From Eledone cirrhosa (taxonomy: Eukaryota), in contig OZ024742.1 of NCBI GenBank assembly GCA_964016885.1, forward strand, positions 8,494,001-8,558,000: a DNA stretch of 64,000 bases, given 5' to 3'. Positions 25,251 to 41,300 of this stretch are shown here, piece by piece (the stretch's first letter is position 1; every line of letters begins with the position of its first letter). The notes under the pieces were generated by a model. That model saw only the letters and a program-made list of their open reading frames with translations. It searched no databases and was not told where the DNA came from. Made by a program: the position numbers and the translations under genes.

Positions 25251-28200
25251 GACTGCCCTATCTCAGTACATATCTTCTAGTATACTTCTTCAGTGTAAAT
25301 CTACAGACTCTACTCTGCTATACTGCCCTATCTCAGTACATATTTTCTAGTATACTTCCTCAGTGTAAACCTACAGACTCTGCTCTGCTAGACTGCCCTA
25401 TCTCAGTACATATCTTCTAGTATACTTCCTCAGTGTAAACCTACAGACTCTGCTCTGCTAGACTGCCCTATCTCAGTACATATCTTCTAGTATACTTCCT
25501 CAGTGTAAACCTACAGACTCTACTCTGCTATACTGCCCTATCTCAGTACATATTTTCTAGTATACTTCCTCAGTGTAAACCTACAGACTCTACTCTGCTA
25601 TACTGCCCTATCTCAGTACATATTTTCTAGTATACTTCCTCAGTGTAAACCTACAGACTCTGCTCTGCTAGACTGCCCTATCTCAGTACATATCTTCTAG
25701 TATACTTCCTCAGAGTAAACCTACAGACTCTGCTCTGCTAGACTGCCTTATCTCAGTACATATCTTCTAGTATACTTCTTAAGTGTAAACCTACAGACTC
25801 TGCTCTGCTAGACTGCCCTATCTCAGTACATATCTTCTAGTATACTTCTTCAATGTAAACCTACAGACTCTGCACTGCTAGACTGCCCTATCTCAGTACA
25901 TATCTTCTAGTATACTTCCTCAGTGTAAACCTACAGACTCTGTTCTGCTAGACTGCCCTATCTCAGTACATATTTTCAAGTATACTTCTTCAGTGTAAAC
26001 TACAGACTCTGCTCTGCTAGACTGCCCTATCTCAGTACATATCTTCTAGTATACTTCCTCAGTGTAAACCTACAGACTCTGCTCTGCTAGACTGCCCTAT
26101 CTCAGTACATATCTTCTAGTATATTTCCTCAGAGTAAACCTACAGACTCTGCTCTGCTACACTGCCCTATCTCAGTACATATTTTCTAGTATAATTCCTC
26201 AGTGTAAACCTACAGACTCTGCTCTGCTAGACTGCCCTATCTCAGTACATATCTTCTAGTATACTTCTTCAGTGTAAACCTACAGATTCTGCACTGCTAG
26301 ACTGCCCTATCTCAGTACATATTTTCTCGTATACTTCTTCAGTGTAAACCTACAGACTCTGCACTGCTAGACTGCCCTATCTCAGTACATATCTTCTAGT
26401 ATACTTCTTCAGTGTAAACCTACAGATTCTGCACTGCTAGACTGCCCTATCTCAGTACATATCTTCTAGTATAATTCTTCAATGTAAATCTACAGACTCT
26501 GCTCTGCTAGACTGCCCTATCTCAGTACATATCTTCTAGTATAATTCTTCAGTGTAAACCTACAGACTCTACTCTGCTAGACTGCCCTATCTCAGTACAT
26601 ATCTTCTAGTATAATTCTTCAGTATAAACCTACAGACTCTGCTCTGCTAGACTGCCCTATCTCAGTACATATCTTCTAGTATAATTCTTCAATGTAAATC
26701 TACAGACTCTGCTCTGCTAGACTGCCCTATCTCAGTACATATCTTCTAGTATACTTCCTCAGTGTAAACCTACAGACTCTGCACTGCTAGACTGCCCTAT
26801 CTCAGTACATATCTTCTAGTATACTTCTTCAGTGTAAACCTACAGACTCTGCACTGCTAGACTGCCCTATCTCAGTACATATCTTCTAGTATACTTCTTC
26901 AATGTAAACCTACAGACTCTGCACTGCTAGTCTGCCCTACCTCAGTAGATATCTTCTAGTATACTTCTTCAGTGTAAACCTACAGACTCTGCACTGCTAG
27001 ACTGCCCTATCTCAGTACATATCTTCTAGTATACTTCTTCAATGTAAACCTACAGGCTCTGCACTGCTAGACTGCCCTATCTCAGTACATATCTTCTAGT
27101 ATACTTCTTCAATGTAAACCTACAGACTCTGCACTGCTAGTCTGCCCTACCTCAGTAGATATCTTCTAGTATACTTCTTCAGTGTAAACCTACAGACTCT
27201 GCACTGCTAGACTGCCCTATCTCAGTACATATCTTCTAGTATACTTCCTCAGAGTAAACCTACAGACTCTGCTCTGCTAGATTGCCTTATCTCAGTACAT
27301 ATTTTCTAGTATAATTCCTCAGTGTAAACCTACAGACTCTGCTCTGCTAGACTGCCCTATCTCAGTACATATCTTCTAGTATACTTCTTAAGTGTAAACC
27401 TACAGACTCTGCTCTGCTAGACTGCCCTATCTCAGTACATATCTTCTAGTATACTTCTTCAATGTAAACCTACAGACTCTGCACTGCTAGACTGCCCTAT
27501 CTCAGTACATATCTTCTAGTATACTTCCTCAGTGTAAACCTACAGACTCTGCTCTGCTAGACTGCCCTATCTCAGTACATATTTTCTATTATACTTCTTC
27601 AGTGTAAACTACAGACTCTGCTCTGCTAGACTGCCCTATCTCAGTACATATCTTCTAGTATACTTTCTCAGTGTAAACCTACAGACTCTGCTCTGCTAGA
27701 CTGCCCTATCTCAGTACATATCTTCTAGTATATTTCCTCAGAGTAAACCTACAGACTCTGCTCTGCTACACTGCCCTATCTCAGTACATATTTTCTAGTA
27801 TAATTCCTCAGTGTAAACCTACAGACTCTGCTCTGCTAGACTGCCCTATCTCAGTACATATCTTCTCGTATACTTCTTCAGTGTAAACCTACAGACTCTG
27901 CACTGCTAGACTGCCCTATCTCAGTACATATCTTCTAGTATACTTCTTCAGTGTAAACCTACAGATTCTGCACTGCTAGACTGCCCTATCTCAGTACATA
28001 TCTTCTAGTATAATTCTTCAATGTAAATCTACAGACTCTGCTCTGCTAGACTGCCCTATCTCAGTACATATCTTCTAGTATAATTCTTCAGTGTAAACCT
28101 ACAGACTCTGCACTGCTAGACTGCCCTATCTCAGTACATATCTTCTAGTATACTTCTTCAGTGTAAATCTACAGACTCTACTCTGCTACACTGCCCTATC

Positions 28201-28902
28201 TCAGTACATATTTTCTAGTATACTTCTTCAGTGTAAACCTACAGACTCTGCTCTGCTAGACTGCCCTATCTCAGTACATATTTTCTAGTATAATTCCTCA
28301 GTGTAAACCTACAGACTCTGCTCTGCTAGACTGCCCTACCTCAGTACATATCTTCTAGTATACTTCCTCAGTGTAAACCTACAGACTCTGCTCTGCTAGA
28401 CTGCCCTATCTCAGTACATATCTTCTAGTATACTTCTTCAGTGTAAACCTACAGACTCTGCACTGCTAGACTGCCCTATCTCAGTACATATCTTCTAGTA
28501 TACTTCTTCAGTGTAAACCTACAGATTCTGCACTGCTAGACTGCCCTATCTCAGTACATATTTTCTCGTATACTTCTTCAGTGTAAACCTACAGACTCTG
28601 CACTGCTAGACTGCCCTATCTCAGTACATATCTTCTAGTATACTTCTTCAGTGTAAACCTACAGATTCTGCACTGCTAGACTGCCCTATCTCAGTACATA
28701 TCTTCTAGTATAATTCTTCAATGTAAATCTACAGACTCTGCTCTGCTAGACTGCCCTATCTCAGTACATATCTTCTAGTATAATTCTTCAGTGTAAACCT
28801 ACAGACTCTGCACTGCTAGACTGCCCTATCTCAGTACATATCTTCTAGTATACTTCTTCAGTGTAAACCTACAGACTCTGCACTGCTAGACTGCCCTATC
28901 TC

Positions 28903-29322
28903 AGTACATATCTTCTAGTATACTTCTTCAATGTAAACCTACAGGCTCTGCACTGCTAGACTGCCCTATCTCAGTACATATCTTCTAGTATACTTCTTCA
29001 ATGTAAACCTACAGGCTCTGCACTGCTAGACTGCCCTATCTCAGTACATATCTTCTAGTATACTTCTTCAATGTAAACCTACAGGCTCTGCACTGCTAGA
29101 CTGCCCTATCTCAGTACATATCTTCTAGTATACTTCTTCAATGTAAACCTACAGGCTCTGCACTGCTAGACTGCCCTATCTCAGTACATATCTTCTAGTA
29201 TACTTCTTCAATGTAAACCTACAGGCTCTGCACTGCTAGACTGCCCTATCTCAGTACATATCTTCTAGTATACTTCTTCAATGTAAACCTACAGGCTCTG
29301 CACTGCTAGACTGCCCTATCTC
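28903..29322. repeat. Run of six identical variant monomers (CAATG..ACAGGCTC)
   Basis: ATGTAAACCTACAGGCTCTG occurs six times at 70-bp spacing. Confidence 0.92.
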
Positions 29323-32300
29323 AGTACATATCTTCTAGTATACTTCTTCAGTGTAAACCTACAGACTCTGCACTGCTAGACTGCCCTATCTCAGTACATA
29401 TCTTCTAGTATACTTCTTCAGTGTAAATCTACAGACTCTACTCTGCTATACTGCCCTATCTCAGTACATATTTTCTAGTATACTTCCTCAGTGTAAACCT
29501 ACAGACTCTGCTCTGCTAGACTGCCCTATCTCAGTACATATCTTCTAGTATACTTCCTCAGAGTAAACCTACAGACTCTGCTCTGCTAGATTGCCTTATC
29601 TCAGTACATATTTTCTAGTATAATTCCTCAGTGTAAACCTACAGACTCTGCTCTGCTAGACTGCCCTATCTCAGTACATATCTTCTAGTATACTTCTTAA
29701 GTGTAAACCTACAGACTCTGCTCTGCTAGACTGCCCTATCTCAGTACATATCTTCTAGTATACTTCTTCAATGTAAACCTACAGACTCTGCACTGCTAGA
29801 CTGCCCTATCTCAGTACATATCTTCTAGTATACTTCCTCAGTGTAAACCTACAGACTCTGCTCTGCTAGACTGCCCTATCTCAGTACATATTTTCTAGTA
29901 TACTTCTTCAGTGTAAACTACAGACTCTGCTCTGCTAGACTGCCCTATCTCAGTACATATCTTCTAGTATACTTTCTCAGTGTAAACCTACAGACTCTGC
30001 TCTGCTAGACTGCCCTATCTCAGTACATATCTTCTAGTATATTTCCTCAGAGTAAACCTACAGACTCTGCTCTGCTACACTGCCCTATCTCAGTACATAT
30101 TTTCTAGTATAATTCCTCAGTGTAAACCTACAGACTCTGCTCTGCTAGACTGCCCTATCTCAGTACATATCTTCTAGTATACTTCTTCAGTGTAAACCTA
30201 CAGATTCTGCACTGCTAGACTGCCCTATCTCAGTACATATCTTCTCGTATACTTCTTCAGTGTAAACCTACAGACTCTGCACTGCTAGACTGCCCTATCT
30301 CAGTACATATCTTCTAGTATACTTCTTCAGTGTAAACCTACAGATTCTGCACTGCTAGACTGCCCTATCTCAGTACATATCTTCTAGTATAATTCTTCAA
30401 TGTAAATCTACAGACTCTGCTCTGCTAGACTGCCCTATCTCAGTACATATCTTCTAGTATAATTCTTCAGTGTAAACCTACAGACTCTGCACTGCTAGAC
30501 TGCCCTATCTCAGTACATATCTTCTAGTATACTTCTTCAGTGTAAATCTACAGACTCTACTCTGCTACACTGCCCTATCTCAGTACATATTTTCTAGTAT
30601 ACTTCCTCAGTGTAAACCTACAGACTCTGCACTGCTAGACTGCCCTATCTCAGTACATATCTTCTAGTATACTTCTTCAATGTAAACCTACAGACTCTGC
30701 ACTGATAGTCTGCCCTATCTCAGTACATATCTTCTAGTATACTTCTTCAGTGTAAATCTACAGACTCTACTCTGCTACACTGCCCTATCTCAGTACATAT
30801 TTTCTAGTATACTTCCTCAGTGTAAACCTACAGACTCTGCACTGCTAGACTGCCCTATCTCAGTACATATCTTCTAGTATACTTCTTCAATGTAAACCTA
30901 CAGACTCTGCACTGATAGTCTGCCCTACCTCAGTACATATTTTCTAGTATACTTCCTCAGTGTAAACCTACAGACTCTGCTCTGCTAGACTGCCCTATCT
31001 CAGTACATATCTTCTAGTATACTTCTTCAGTGTAAACCTACAGACTCTGCACTGCTAGACTGCCCTATCTCAGTACATATCTTCTAGTATACTTCTTCAA
31101 TGTAAACCTACAGACTCTGCACTGATAGTCTGCCCTACCTCAGTACATATCTTCTAGTATACTTCTTCAATGTAAACCTACAGACTCTGCACTGCTAGTC
31201 TGCCCTACCTCAGTAGATATCTTCTAGTATACTTCTTCAGTGTAAACCTACAGACTCTGCACTGCTAGACTGCCCTATCTCAGTACATATCTTCTAGTAT
31301 ACTTCTTCAATGTAAACCTACAGGCTCTGCACTGCTAGACTGCCCTATCTCAGTACATATCTTCTAGTATACTTCTTCAATGTAAACCTACAGGCTCTGC
31401 ACTGCTAGACTGCCCTATCTCAGTACATATCTTCTAGTATACTTCTTCAGTGTAAACCTACAGGCTCTGCACTGCTAGACTGCCCTATCTCAGTACATAT
31501 CTTCTAGTATACTTCTTCAGTGTAAATCTACAGACTCTACTCTGCTATACTGCCCTATCTCAGTACATATTTTCTAGTATACTTCCTCAGTGTAAACCTA
31601 CAGACTCTGCTCTGCTAGACTGCCCTATCTCAGTACATATCTTCTAGTATACTTCCTCAGAGTAAACCTACAGACTCTGCTCTGCTAGATTGCCTTATCT
31701 CAGTACATATTTTCTAGTATAATTCCTCAGTGTAAACCTACAGACTCTGCTCTGCTAGACTGCCCTATCTCAGTACATATCTTCTAGTATACTTCTTAAG
31801 TGTAAACCTACAGACTCTGCTCTGCTAGACTGCCCTATCTCAGTACATATCTTCTAGTATACTTCTTCAATGTAAACCTACAGACTCTGCACTGCTAGAC
31901 TGCCCTATCTCAGTACATATCTTCTAGTATACTTCCTCAGTGTAAACCTACAGACTCTGCTCTGCTAGACTGCCCTATCTCAGTACATATTTTCTAGTAT
32001 ACTTCTTCAGTGTAAACTACAGACTCTGCTCTGCTAGACTGCCCTATCTCAGTACATATTTTCTAGTATACTTCTTCAGTGTAAACCTACAGACTCTGCA
32101 CTGCTAGACTGCCCTATCTCAGTACATATCTTCTAGTATACTTCTTCAGTGTAAATCTACAGACTCTACTCTGCTACACTGCCCTATCTCAGTACATATT
32201 TTCTAGTATACTTCCTCAGTGTAAACCTACAGACTCTGCTCTGCTAGACTGCCCTATCTCAGTACATATCTTCTAGTATACTTCTTCAGTGTAAACCTAC

Positions 32301-35300
32301 AGACTCTGCACTGCTAGACTGCCCTATCTCAGTACATATCTTCTAGTATACTTCTTCAATGTAAACCTACAGACTCTGCACTGCTAGACTGCCCTATCTC
32401 AGTACATATCTTCTAATATACTTCTTCAATGTAAACCTACAGACTCTGCACTGCTAGTCTGCCCTACCTCAGTAGATATCTTCTAGTATACTTCTTCAGT
32501 GTAAACCTACAGACTCTGCACTGCTAGACTGCCCTATCTCAGTACATATCTTCTAGTATACTTCTTCAGTGTAAACCTACAGACTCTGCACTGCTAGACT
32601 GCCCTATCTCAGTACATATCTTCTAGTATACTTCTTCAGTGTAAACCTACAGACTCTGCACTGCTAGACTGCCCTATCTCAGTACATATCTTCTAGTATA
32701 CTTCTTCAATGTAAACCTACAGACTCTGCACTGCTAGACTGCTCTATCTCAGTACATATCTTCTAGTATACTTCTTCAGTGTAAATCTACAGACTCTACT
32801 CTGCTAGACTGCCCTATCTCAGTACATATCTTCTAGTATACTTCCTCAGAGTAAACCTACAGACTCTGCTCTGCTAGATTGCCTTATCTCAGTACATATT
32901 TTCTAGTATAATTCCTCAGTGTAAACCTACAGACTCTGCTCTGCTAGACTGCCCTATCTCAGTACATATCTTCTAGTATACTTCTTAAGTGTAAACCTAC
33001 AGACTCTGCTCTGCTAGACTGCCCTATCTCAGTACATATCTTCTAGTATACTTCTTCAATGTAAACCTACAGACTCTGCACTGCTAGACTGCCCTATCTC
33101 AGTACATATCTTCTAGTATACTTCCTCAGTGTAAACCTACAGACTCTGCTCTGCTAGACTGCCCTATCTCAGTACATATTTTCTAGTATACTTCTTCAGT
33201 GTAAACTACAGACTCTGCTCTGCTAGACTGCCCTATCTCAGTACATATCTTCTAGTATACTTCCTCAGTGTAAACCTACAGACTCTGCTCTGCTAGACTG
33301 CCCTATCTCAGTACATATTTTCTAGTATAATTCCTCAGTGTAAACCTACAGACTCTGCTCTGCTAGACTGCCCTATCTCAGTACATATCTTCTAGTATAC
33401 TTCTTCAGTGTAAACCTACAGATTCTGCACTGCTAGACTGCCCTATCTCAGTACATATCTTCTCGTATACTTCTTCAGTGTAAACCTACAGACTCTGCAC
33501 TGCTAGACTGCCCTATCTCAGTACATATCTTCTAGTATACTTCTTCAGTGTAAACCTACAGATTCTGCACTGCTAGACTGCCCTATCTCAGTACATATCT
33601 TCTAGTATAATTCTTCAATGTAAATCTACAGACTCTGCTCTGCTAGACTGCCCTATCTCAGTACATATCTTCTAGTATACTTCTTCAGTGTAAACCTACA
33701 GATTCTGCACTGCTAGACTGCCCTATCTCAGTACATATCTTCTCGTATACTTCTTCAGTGTAAACCTACAGACTCTGCTCTGCTAGACTGCCCTATCTCA
33801 GTACATATCTTCTAGTATAATTCTTCAGTGTAAACCTACAGACTCTGCACTGCTAGACTGCCCTATCTCAGTACATATCTTCTAGTATACTTCTTCAGTG
33901 TAAATCTACAGACTCTACTCTGCTACACTGCCCTATCTCAGTACATATTTTCTAGTATACTTCCTCAGTGTAAACCTACAGACTCTGCTCTGCTAGACTC
34001 CCCTATCTCAGTACATATCTTCTAGTATACTTCTTCAGTGTAAACCTACAGACTCTGCTCTGCTAGACTGCCCTATCTCAGTACATATCTTCTAGTATAC
34101 TTCTTCAGTGTAAACCTACAGACTCTGCACTGCTAGACTGCCCTATCGCAGTACATATCTTCTAGTATACTTCCTCAGTGTAAACCTACAGACTCTGCTC
34201 TGCTAGACTGCCCTATCTCTGTACATATCTTCTAGTATACTTCTTCAATGTAAACCTACAGACTCTGCACTGCTAGACTGCCCTATCGCAGTACATATCT
34301 TCTAGTATACTTCCTCAGTGTCAACCTACAGACTCTGCTCTGCTAGACTGCCCTATCTCAGTACATATCTTCTAGTATACTTCCTCAGTGTAAACCTACA
34401 GACTCTGCACTGCTAGAGTGCCCTATCTCAGTACATATCTTCTAGTATACTTCTTCAGTGTAAACCTACAGACTCTGCACTGCTAGACTGCCCTATCTCA
34501 GTACATATCTTCTAGTATACTTCTTCAATGTAAACCTACAGACTCTGTCTGCTAGACTGCCCTATCTCAGTACATATCTTCTAGTATACTTCCTCAGTGT
34601 AAACCCACAGACTCTGCTCTGCTAGACTGCCCTATCCTAGTACATATCTTCTAGTATACTTCTTCAGTGTAAACCTACAGACTCTGCTCTGCTAGACTGC
34701 CCTATCTCAGTACATATCTTCTAGTATACTTCTTCAGTGTAAACCTACAGACTCTGCTCTGCTAGACTGTCCTATCTCAGTACATATCTTCTAGTATACT
34801 TCTTAAGTGTAAACCTACAGACTCTGCTCTGCTAGACTGTCCTATCTCAGTACATATCTTCTCGTATACTTCTTCAGTGTAAACCTACAGACTCTGCTCT
34901 GCTAGACTGCCCTATCTCAGTACATATCTTCTAGTATACTTCTTCAATGTAAACCTACAGACTCTGCTCTGCTAGACTGCCCTATCTCAGTACATATCAT
35001 CTAGTATACTTCTTCAGTGTAAACCTACAGACTCTGCACTGCTAGTCTGCCCTACCTCAGTATATATCTTCTAGTATACTTCTTCAGTGTAAACCTACAG
35101 ACTCTGCTCTGCTAGACTGCCCTATCTCAGTACATATTTTCTAGTATAATTCCTCAGTGTAAACCTACAGACTCTGCTCTGCTAGACTGCCCTATCTCAG
35201 TACATATCTTCTAGTATACTTCTTCAGTGTAAACCTACAGATTCTGCACTGCTAGACTGCCCTATCTCAGTACATATCTTCTCGTATACTTCTTCAGTGT

Positions 35301-38300
35301 AAACCTACAGACTCTGCACTGCTAGACTGCCCTATCTCAGTACATATCTTCTAGTATACTTCTTCAGTGTAAACCTACAGACTCTGCACTGCTAGACTGC
35401 CCTATCTCAGTACATATCTTCTAGTATACTTCTTCAGTGTAAATCTACAGACTCTACTCTGCTAGACTGCCCTATCTCAGTACATATCTTCTAGTATACT
35501 TCTTCAATGTAAACCTACAGACTCTGCTCTGCTAGACTGCCCTATCTCAGTACATATCTTCTAGTATACTTCTTCAGTGTAAACCTACAGACTCTGCACT
35601 GCTAGACTGCCCTATCTCAGTACATATCTTCTAGTATACTTCTTCAGTGTAAATCTACAGACTCTACTCTGCTAGACTGCCCTATATCAGTACATATTTT
35701 CTAGTATACTTCCTCAGTGTAAACCTACCGACTCTGCTCTGCTAGACTGCCCTATCTCAGTACATATCTTCTAGTATACTTCCTCAGAGTAGACCTACAG
35801 ACTCTGCACTGCTAGACTGCCCTATCTCAGTACATATTTTCTAGTATAATTCCTCAGTGTAAACCTACAGACTCTGCTCTGCTAGACTGCCCTATCTCAG
35901 TACATATCTTCTAGTATACTTCTTCAGTGTAAACCTACAGATTCTGCACTGCTAGACTGCCCTATCTCAGTACATATCTTCTAGTATACTTCTTCAGTGT
36001 AAATCTACAGACTCTACTCTGCTAGACTGCCCTATCTCAGTACATATCTTCTCGTATACTTCTTCAATGTAAACCTACAGACTCGGCACTGCTAGTCTGC
36101 CCTACCTCAGTACATATCTTCTAGTATACTTCTTCAATGTAAACCTACAGACTCGGCACTGCTAGTCTGCCCTACCTCAGTACATATCTTCTAGTATACT
36201 TCTTCAGTGTAAACCTACAGACTCTGCACTGCTAGACTGCCCTATCTCAGTACATATCTTCTAGTATACGTCTTCAATGTAAACCTACAGACTCTGCACT
36301 GCTAGACTGCCCTATCTCAGTACATATCTTCTAGTATACTTCTTCAGTGTAAACCTACAGACTCTGCACTGCTAGACTGCCCTATCTCAGTACATATCTT
36401 CTAGTATACTTCTTCAGTGTAAATCTACAGACTCTACTCTGCTATACTGCCGTATCTCAGTACATATTTTCTAGTATACTTCCTCAGTGTAAACCTACAG
36501 ACTCTGCTCTGCTAGACTGCCCTATCTCAGTACATATCTTCTAGTATACTTCCTCAGAGTAAACCTACAGACTCTGCTCTGCTAGACTGCCCTATCTCAG
36601 TACATATTTTCTAGTATAATTCCTCAGTGTAAACCTACAGACTCTGCACTGCTAGACTGCCCTATCTCAGTACATATCTTCTAGTATACTTCTTCAGTGT
36701 AAATCTACAGACTCTACTCTGCTAGACTGCCCTATCTCAGTACATATCTTCTAGTATACTTCTTCAGTGTAAATCTACAGACTCTACTCTGCTAGACTGC
36801 CCTATCTCAGTACATATCTTCTAGTATACTTCTTCAACGTAAACCTACAGACTCTACTCTGCTATACTGCCGTATCTCAGTACATATTTTCTAGTATACT
36901 TCCTCAGTGTAAACCTACAGACTCTGCTCTGCTAGACTGCCCTATCTCAGTACATATCTTCTAGTATAATTCTTCAATGTAAATCTACAGACTCTGCTCT
37001 GCTAGACTGCCCTATCTCATTACATATCTTCTAGTATAATTCTTCAATGTAAACCTACAGACTCTGCACTGCTAGACTGCCCTATCTCAGTACATATCTT
37101 CTAGTATACTTCTTCAGTGTAAACCTACAGACTCTGCACTGCTAGACTGCCCTATCTCAGTACATATCTTCTAGTATACTTCCTCAGAGTAAACCTACAG
37201 ACGCTGCTCTGCTAGACTGCCCTATCTCAGTACATATTTTCTAGTATAATTCCTCAGTGTAAACCTACAGACTCTGCTCTGCTAGACTGCCCTATCTCAG
37301 TACATATCTTCTAGTATACTTCTTCAGTGTAAACCTACAGATTCTGCACAGCTAGACTGCCCTATCTCAGTACATATCTTCTCGTATACTTCTTCAGTGT
37401 AAACCTACAGACTCTGCTCTGCTAGACTGCCCTATCTCAGTACATATCTTCTAGTATACTTCTTCAATGTAAACCTACAGACTCTGCACTGCTAGTCTGC
37501 CCTACCTCAGTACATATCTTCTAGTATACTTCTTCAATGTAAACCTACAGACTCTGCACTGCTAGTCTGCCCTACCTCAGTACATATCTTCTAGTATACT
37601 TCTTCAGTGTAAACCTACAGACTCTGCACTGCTAGACTGCCCTATCTCAGTACATATCTTCTAGTATACTTCTTCAGTGTAAATCTACAGACTCTACTCT
37701 GCTATACTGCCCTATCTCAGTACATATTTTCTAGTATACTTCCTCAGTGTAAACCTACAGACTCTGCTCTGCTAGACTGCCCTATCTCAGTACATATCTT
37801 CTAGTATACTTCCTCAGAGTAAACCTACAGACTCTGCTCTGCTAGACTGCCTTATCTCAGTACATATTTTCTAGTATAATTCCTCAGTGTAAACCTACAG
37901 ACTCTGCTCTGCTAGACTGCCCTATCTCAGTACATATCTTCTAGTATACTTCTTAAGTGTAAACCTACAGACTCTGCTCTGCTAGACTGCCCTATCTCAG
38001 TACATATCTTCTAGTATACTTCTTCAACGTAAACCTACAGACTCTGCACTGCTAGACTGCCCTATCTCAGTACATATCTTCTAGTATACTTCCTCAGTGT
38101 AAACCTACAGACTCTGCTCTGCTAGACTGCCCTATCTCAGTACATATTTTCTAGTATATTTCTTCAGTGTAAACTACAGACTCTGCTCTGCTAGACTGCC
38201 CTATCTCAGTACATATCTTCTAGTATACTTCCTCAGTGTAAACCTACAGACTCTGCTCTGCTAGACTGCCCTATCTCAGTACATATCTTCTAGTATATTT

Positions 38301-41300
38301 CCTCAGAGTAAACCTACAGACTCTGCTCTGCTACACTGCCCTATCTCAGTACATATTTTCTAGTATAATTCCTCAGTGTAAACCTACAGACTCTGCTCTG
38401 CTAGACTACCCTATCTCAGTACATATCTTCTAGTATACTTCTTCAGTGTAAACCTACAGATTCTGCACAGCTAGACTGCCCTATCTCAGTACATATCTTC
38501 TCGTATACTTCTTCAGTGTAAACCTACAGACTCTGCACTGCTAGTCTGCCCTACCTCAGTACATATATTCTAATATACTTCTTCAGTGTAAACCTACAGA
38601 CTCTGCACTGCTAGTCTGCCCTACCTCAGTACATATCTTCTAGTATACTTCTTCAATGTAAACCTACAGACTCTGCACTGCTAGACTGCCCTATCTCAGT
38701 ACATATCTTCTAGTATACTTCTTCAGTGTAAACCTACAGACTCTGCACTGCTAGACTGCCCTATCTCAGTACATATCTTCTAGTATACTTCTTCAGTGTA
38801 AATCTACAGACTCTACTCTGCTATACTGCCCTATCTCAGTACATATTTTCTAGTATACTTCCTCAGTGTAAACCTACAGACTCTGCTCTGCTAGACTGCC
38901 CTATCTCAGTACATATCTTCTAGTATACTTCCTCAGAGTAAACCTACAGACTCTGCTCTGCTAGACTGCCCTATCTCAGTACATATTTTCTAGTATAATT
39001 CCTCAGTGTAAACCTACAGACTCTGCTCTGCTAGACTGCCCTATCTCAGTACATATCTTCTAGTATACTTCTTCAATGTAAACCTACAGACTCTGCTCTG
39101 CTAGACTGCCCTATCTCAGTACATATCATCTAGTATACTTCTTCAGTGTAAACCTACAGACTCTGCACTGCTAGTCTGCCCTACCTCAGTACATATCTTC
39201 TAGTATACTTCTTCAATGTAAACCTACAGACTCTGCACTGCTAGACTGCCCTATCTCAGTATATATCTTCTAGTATACTTCCTCAGTGTAAACCTACAGA
39301 CTCTGCTCTGCTAGACTGCCCTATCTCAGTACATATCTTCTAGTATACTTCTTCAATGTAAACCTACAGACTCTGCACTGCTAGACTGCCCTATCTCAGT
39401 ACATATCTTCTAGTATACTTCCTCAGAGTAAACCTACAGACTCTGCTCTGCTAGACTGCCCTATCTCAGTATATATCTTCTAGTATACTTCCTCAGTGTA
39501 AACCTACAGACTCTGCTCTGCTAGACTGCCCTATCTCAGTACATATCTTCTAGTATACTTCTTCAGTGTAAACCTACAGACTCTGCACTGCTAGACTGCC
39601 CTATCTCAGTACATATCTTCTAGTATACTTCTTCAATGTAAACCTACAGACTCTGCACTGCTAGACTGCCCTATCTCAGTACATATATTCTAGTATACTT
39701 CTTCAGTGTAAATCTACAGACTCTACTCTGCTATACTGCCCTATCTCAGTACATATTTTCTAGTATACTTCCTCAGTGTAAACCTACAGACTCTGCTCTG
39801 CTAGACTGCCCTATCTCAGTACATATCTTCTAGTATACTTCCTCAGAGTAAACCTACAGACTCTGCTCTGCTAGACTGCCCTATCTCAGTACATATTTTC
39901 TAGTATAATTCCTCAGTGTAAACCTACAGACTCTGCTCTGCTAGACTGCCCTATCTCAGTACATATTTTCTAGTATAATTCCTCAGTGTAAACCTACAGA
40001 CTCTGCTCTGCTAGACTGCCCTATCTCAGTACATATCTTCTAGTATACTTCTTCAGTGTAAACCTACAGACTCTGCTCTGCTAGACTGCCCTATCTCAGT
40101 ACATATCTTCTCGTATACTTCTTCAGTGTAAACCTACAGACTCTGCACTGCTAGACTGCCCTATCTCAGTACATATCTTCTAGTATACTTCTTCAGTGTA
40201 AACCTACAGACTCTGCACTGCTAGACTGCCCTATCTCAGTACATATCTTCTAGTATACTTCTTCAGTGTAAATCTACAGACTCTACTCTGCTAGACTGCC
40301 CTATCTCAGTACATATCTTCTAGTATACTTCTTCAATGTAAACCTACAGACTCTGCTCTGCTAGACTGCCCTATCTCAGTACATATCTTCTAGTATAATT
40401 CCTCAGTGTAAACCTACAGACTCTGCTCTGCTAGACTGCCCTATCTCAGTACATATCTTCTAGTATACTTCCTCAGAGTAGACCTACAGACTCTGCACTG
40501 CTAGACTGCCCTATCTCAGTACATATTTTCTAGTATAATTCCTCAGTGTAAACCTACAGACTCTGCACTGCTAGACTGCCCTATCTCAGTACATATCTTC
40601 TAGTATACTTCTTCAGTGTAAACCTACAGATTCTGCACTGCTAGACTGCCCTATCTCAGTACATATCTTCTAGTATACTTCTTCAGTGTAAATCTACAGA
40701 CTCTACTCTGCTAGACTGCCCTATCTCAGTACATATCTTCTCGTATACTTCTTCAATGTAAACCTACAGACTCGGCACTGCTAGTCTGCCCTACCTCAGT
40801 ACATATCTTCTAGTATACTTCTTCAGTGTAAACCTACAGACTCTGCACTGCTAGACTGCCCTATCTCAGTACATATCTTCTAGTATACTTCTTCAATGTA
40901 AACCTACAGACTCTGCACTGCTAGTCTGCCCTACCTCAGTACATATCTTCTAGTATACTTCTTCAGTGTAAACCTACAGACTCTGCACTGCTAGACTGCC
41001 CTATCTCAGTACATATCTTCTAGTATACGTCTTCAATGTAAACCTACAGACTCTGCACTGCTAGACTGCCCTATCTCAGTACATATCTTCTAGTATACTT
41101 CTTCAGTGTAAACCTACAGACTCTGCACTGCTAGACTGCCCTATCTCAGTACATATCTTCTAGTATACTTCTTCAGTGTAAATCTACAGACTCTACTCTG
41201 CTATACTGCCGTATCTCAGTACATATTTTCTAGTATACTTCCTCAGTGTAAACCTACAGACTCTGCTCTGCTAGACTGCCCTATCTCAGTACATATTTTC

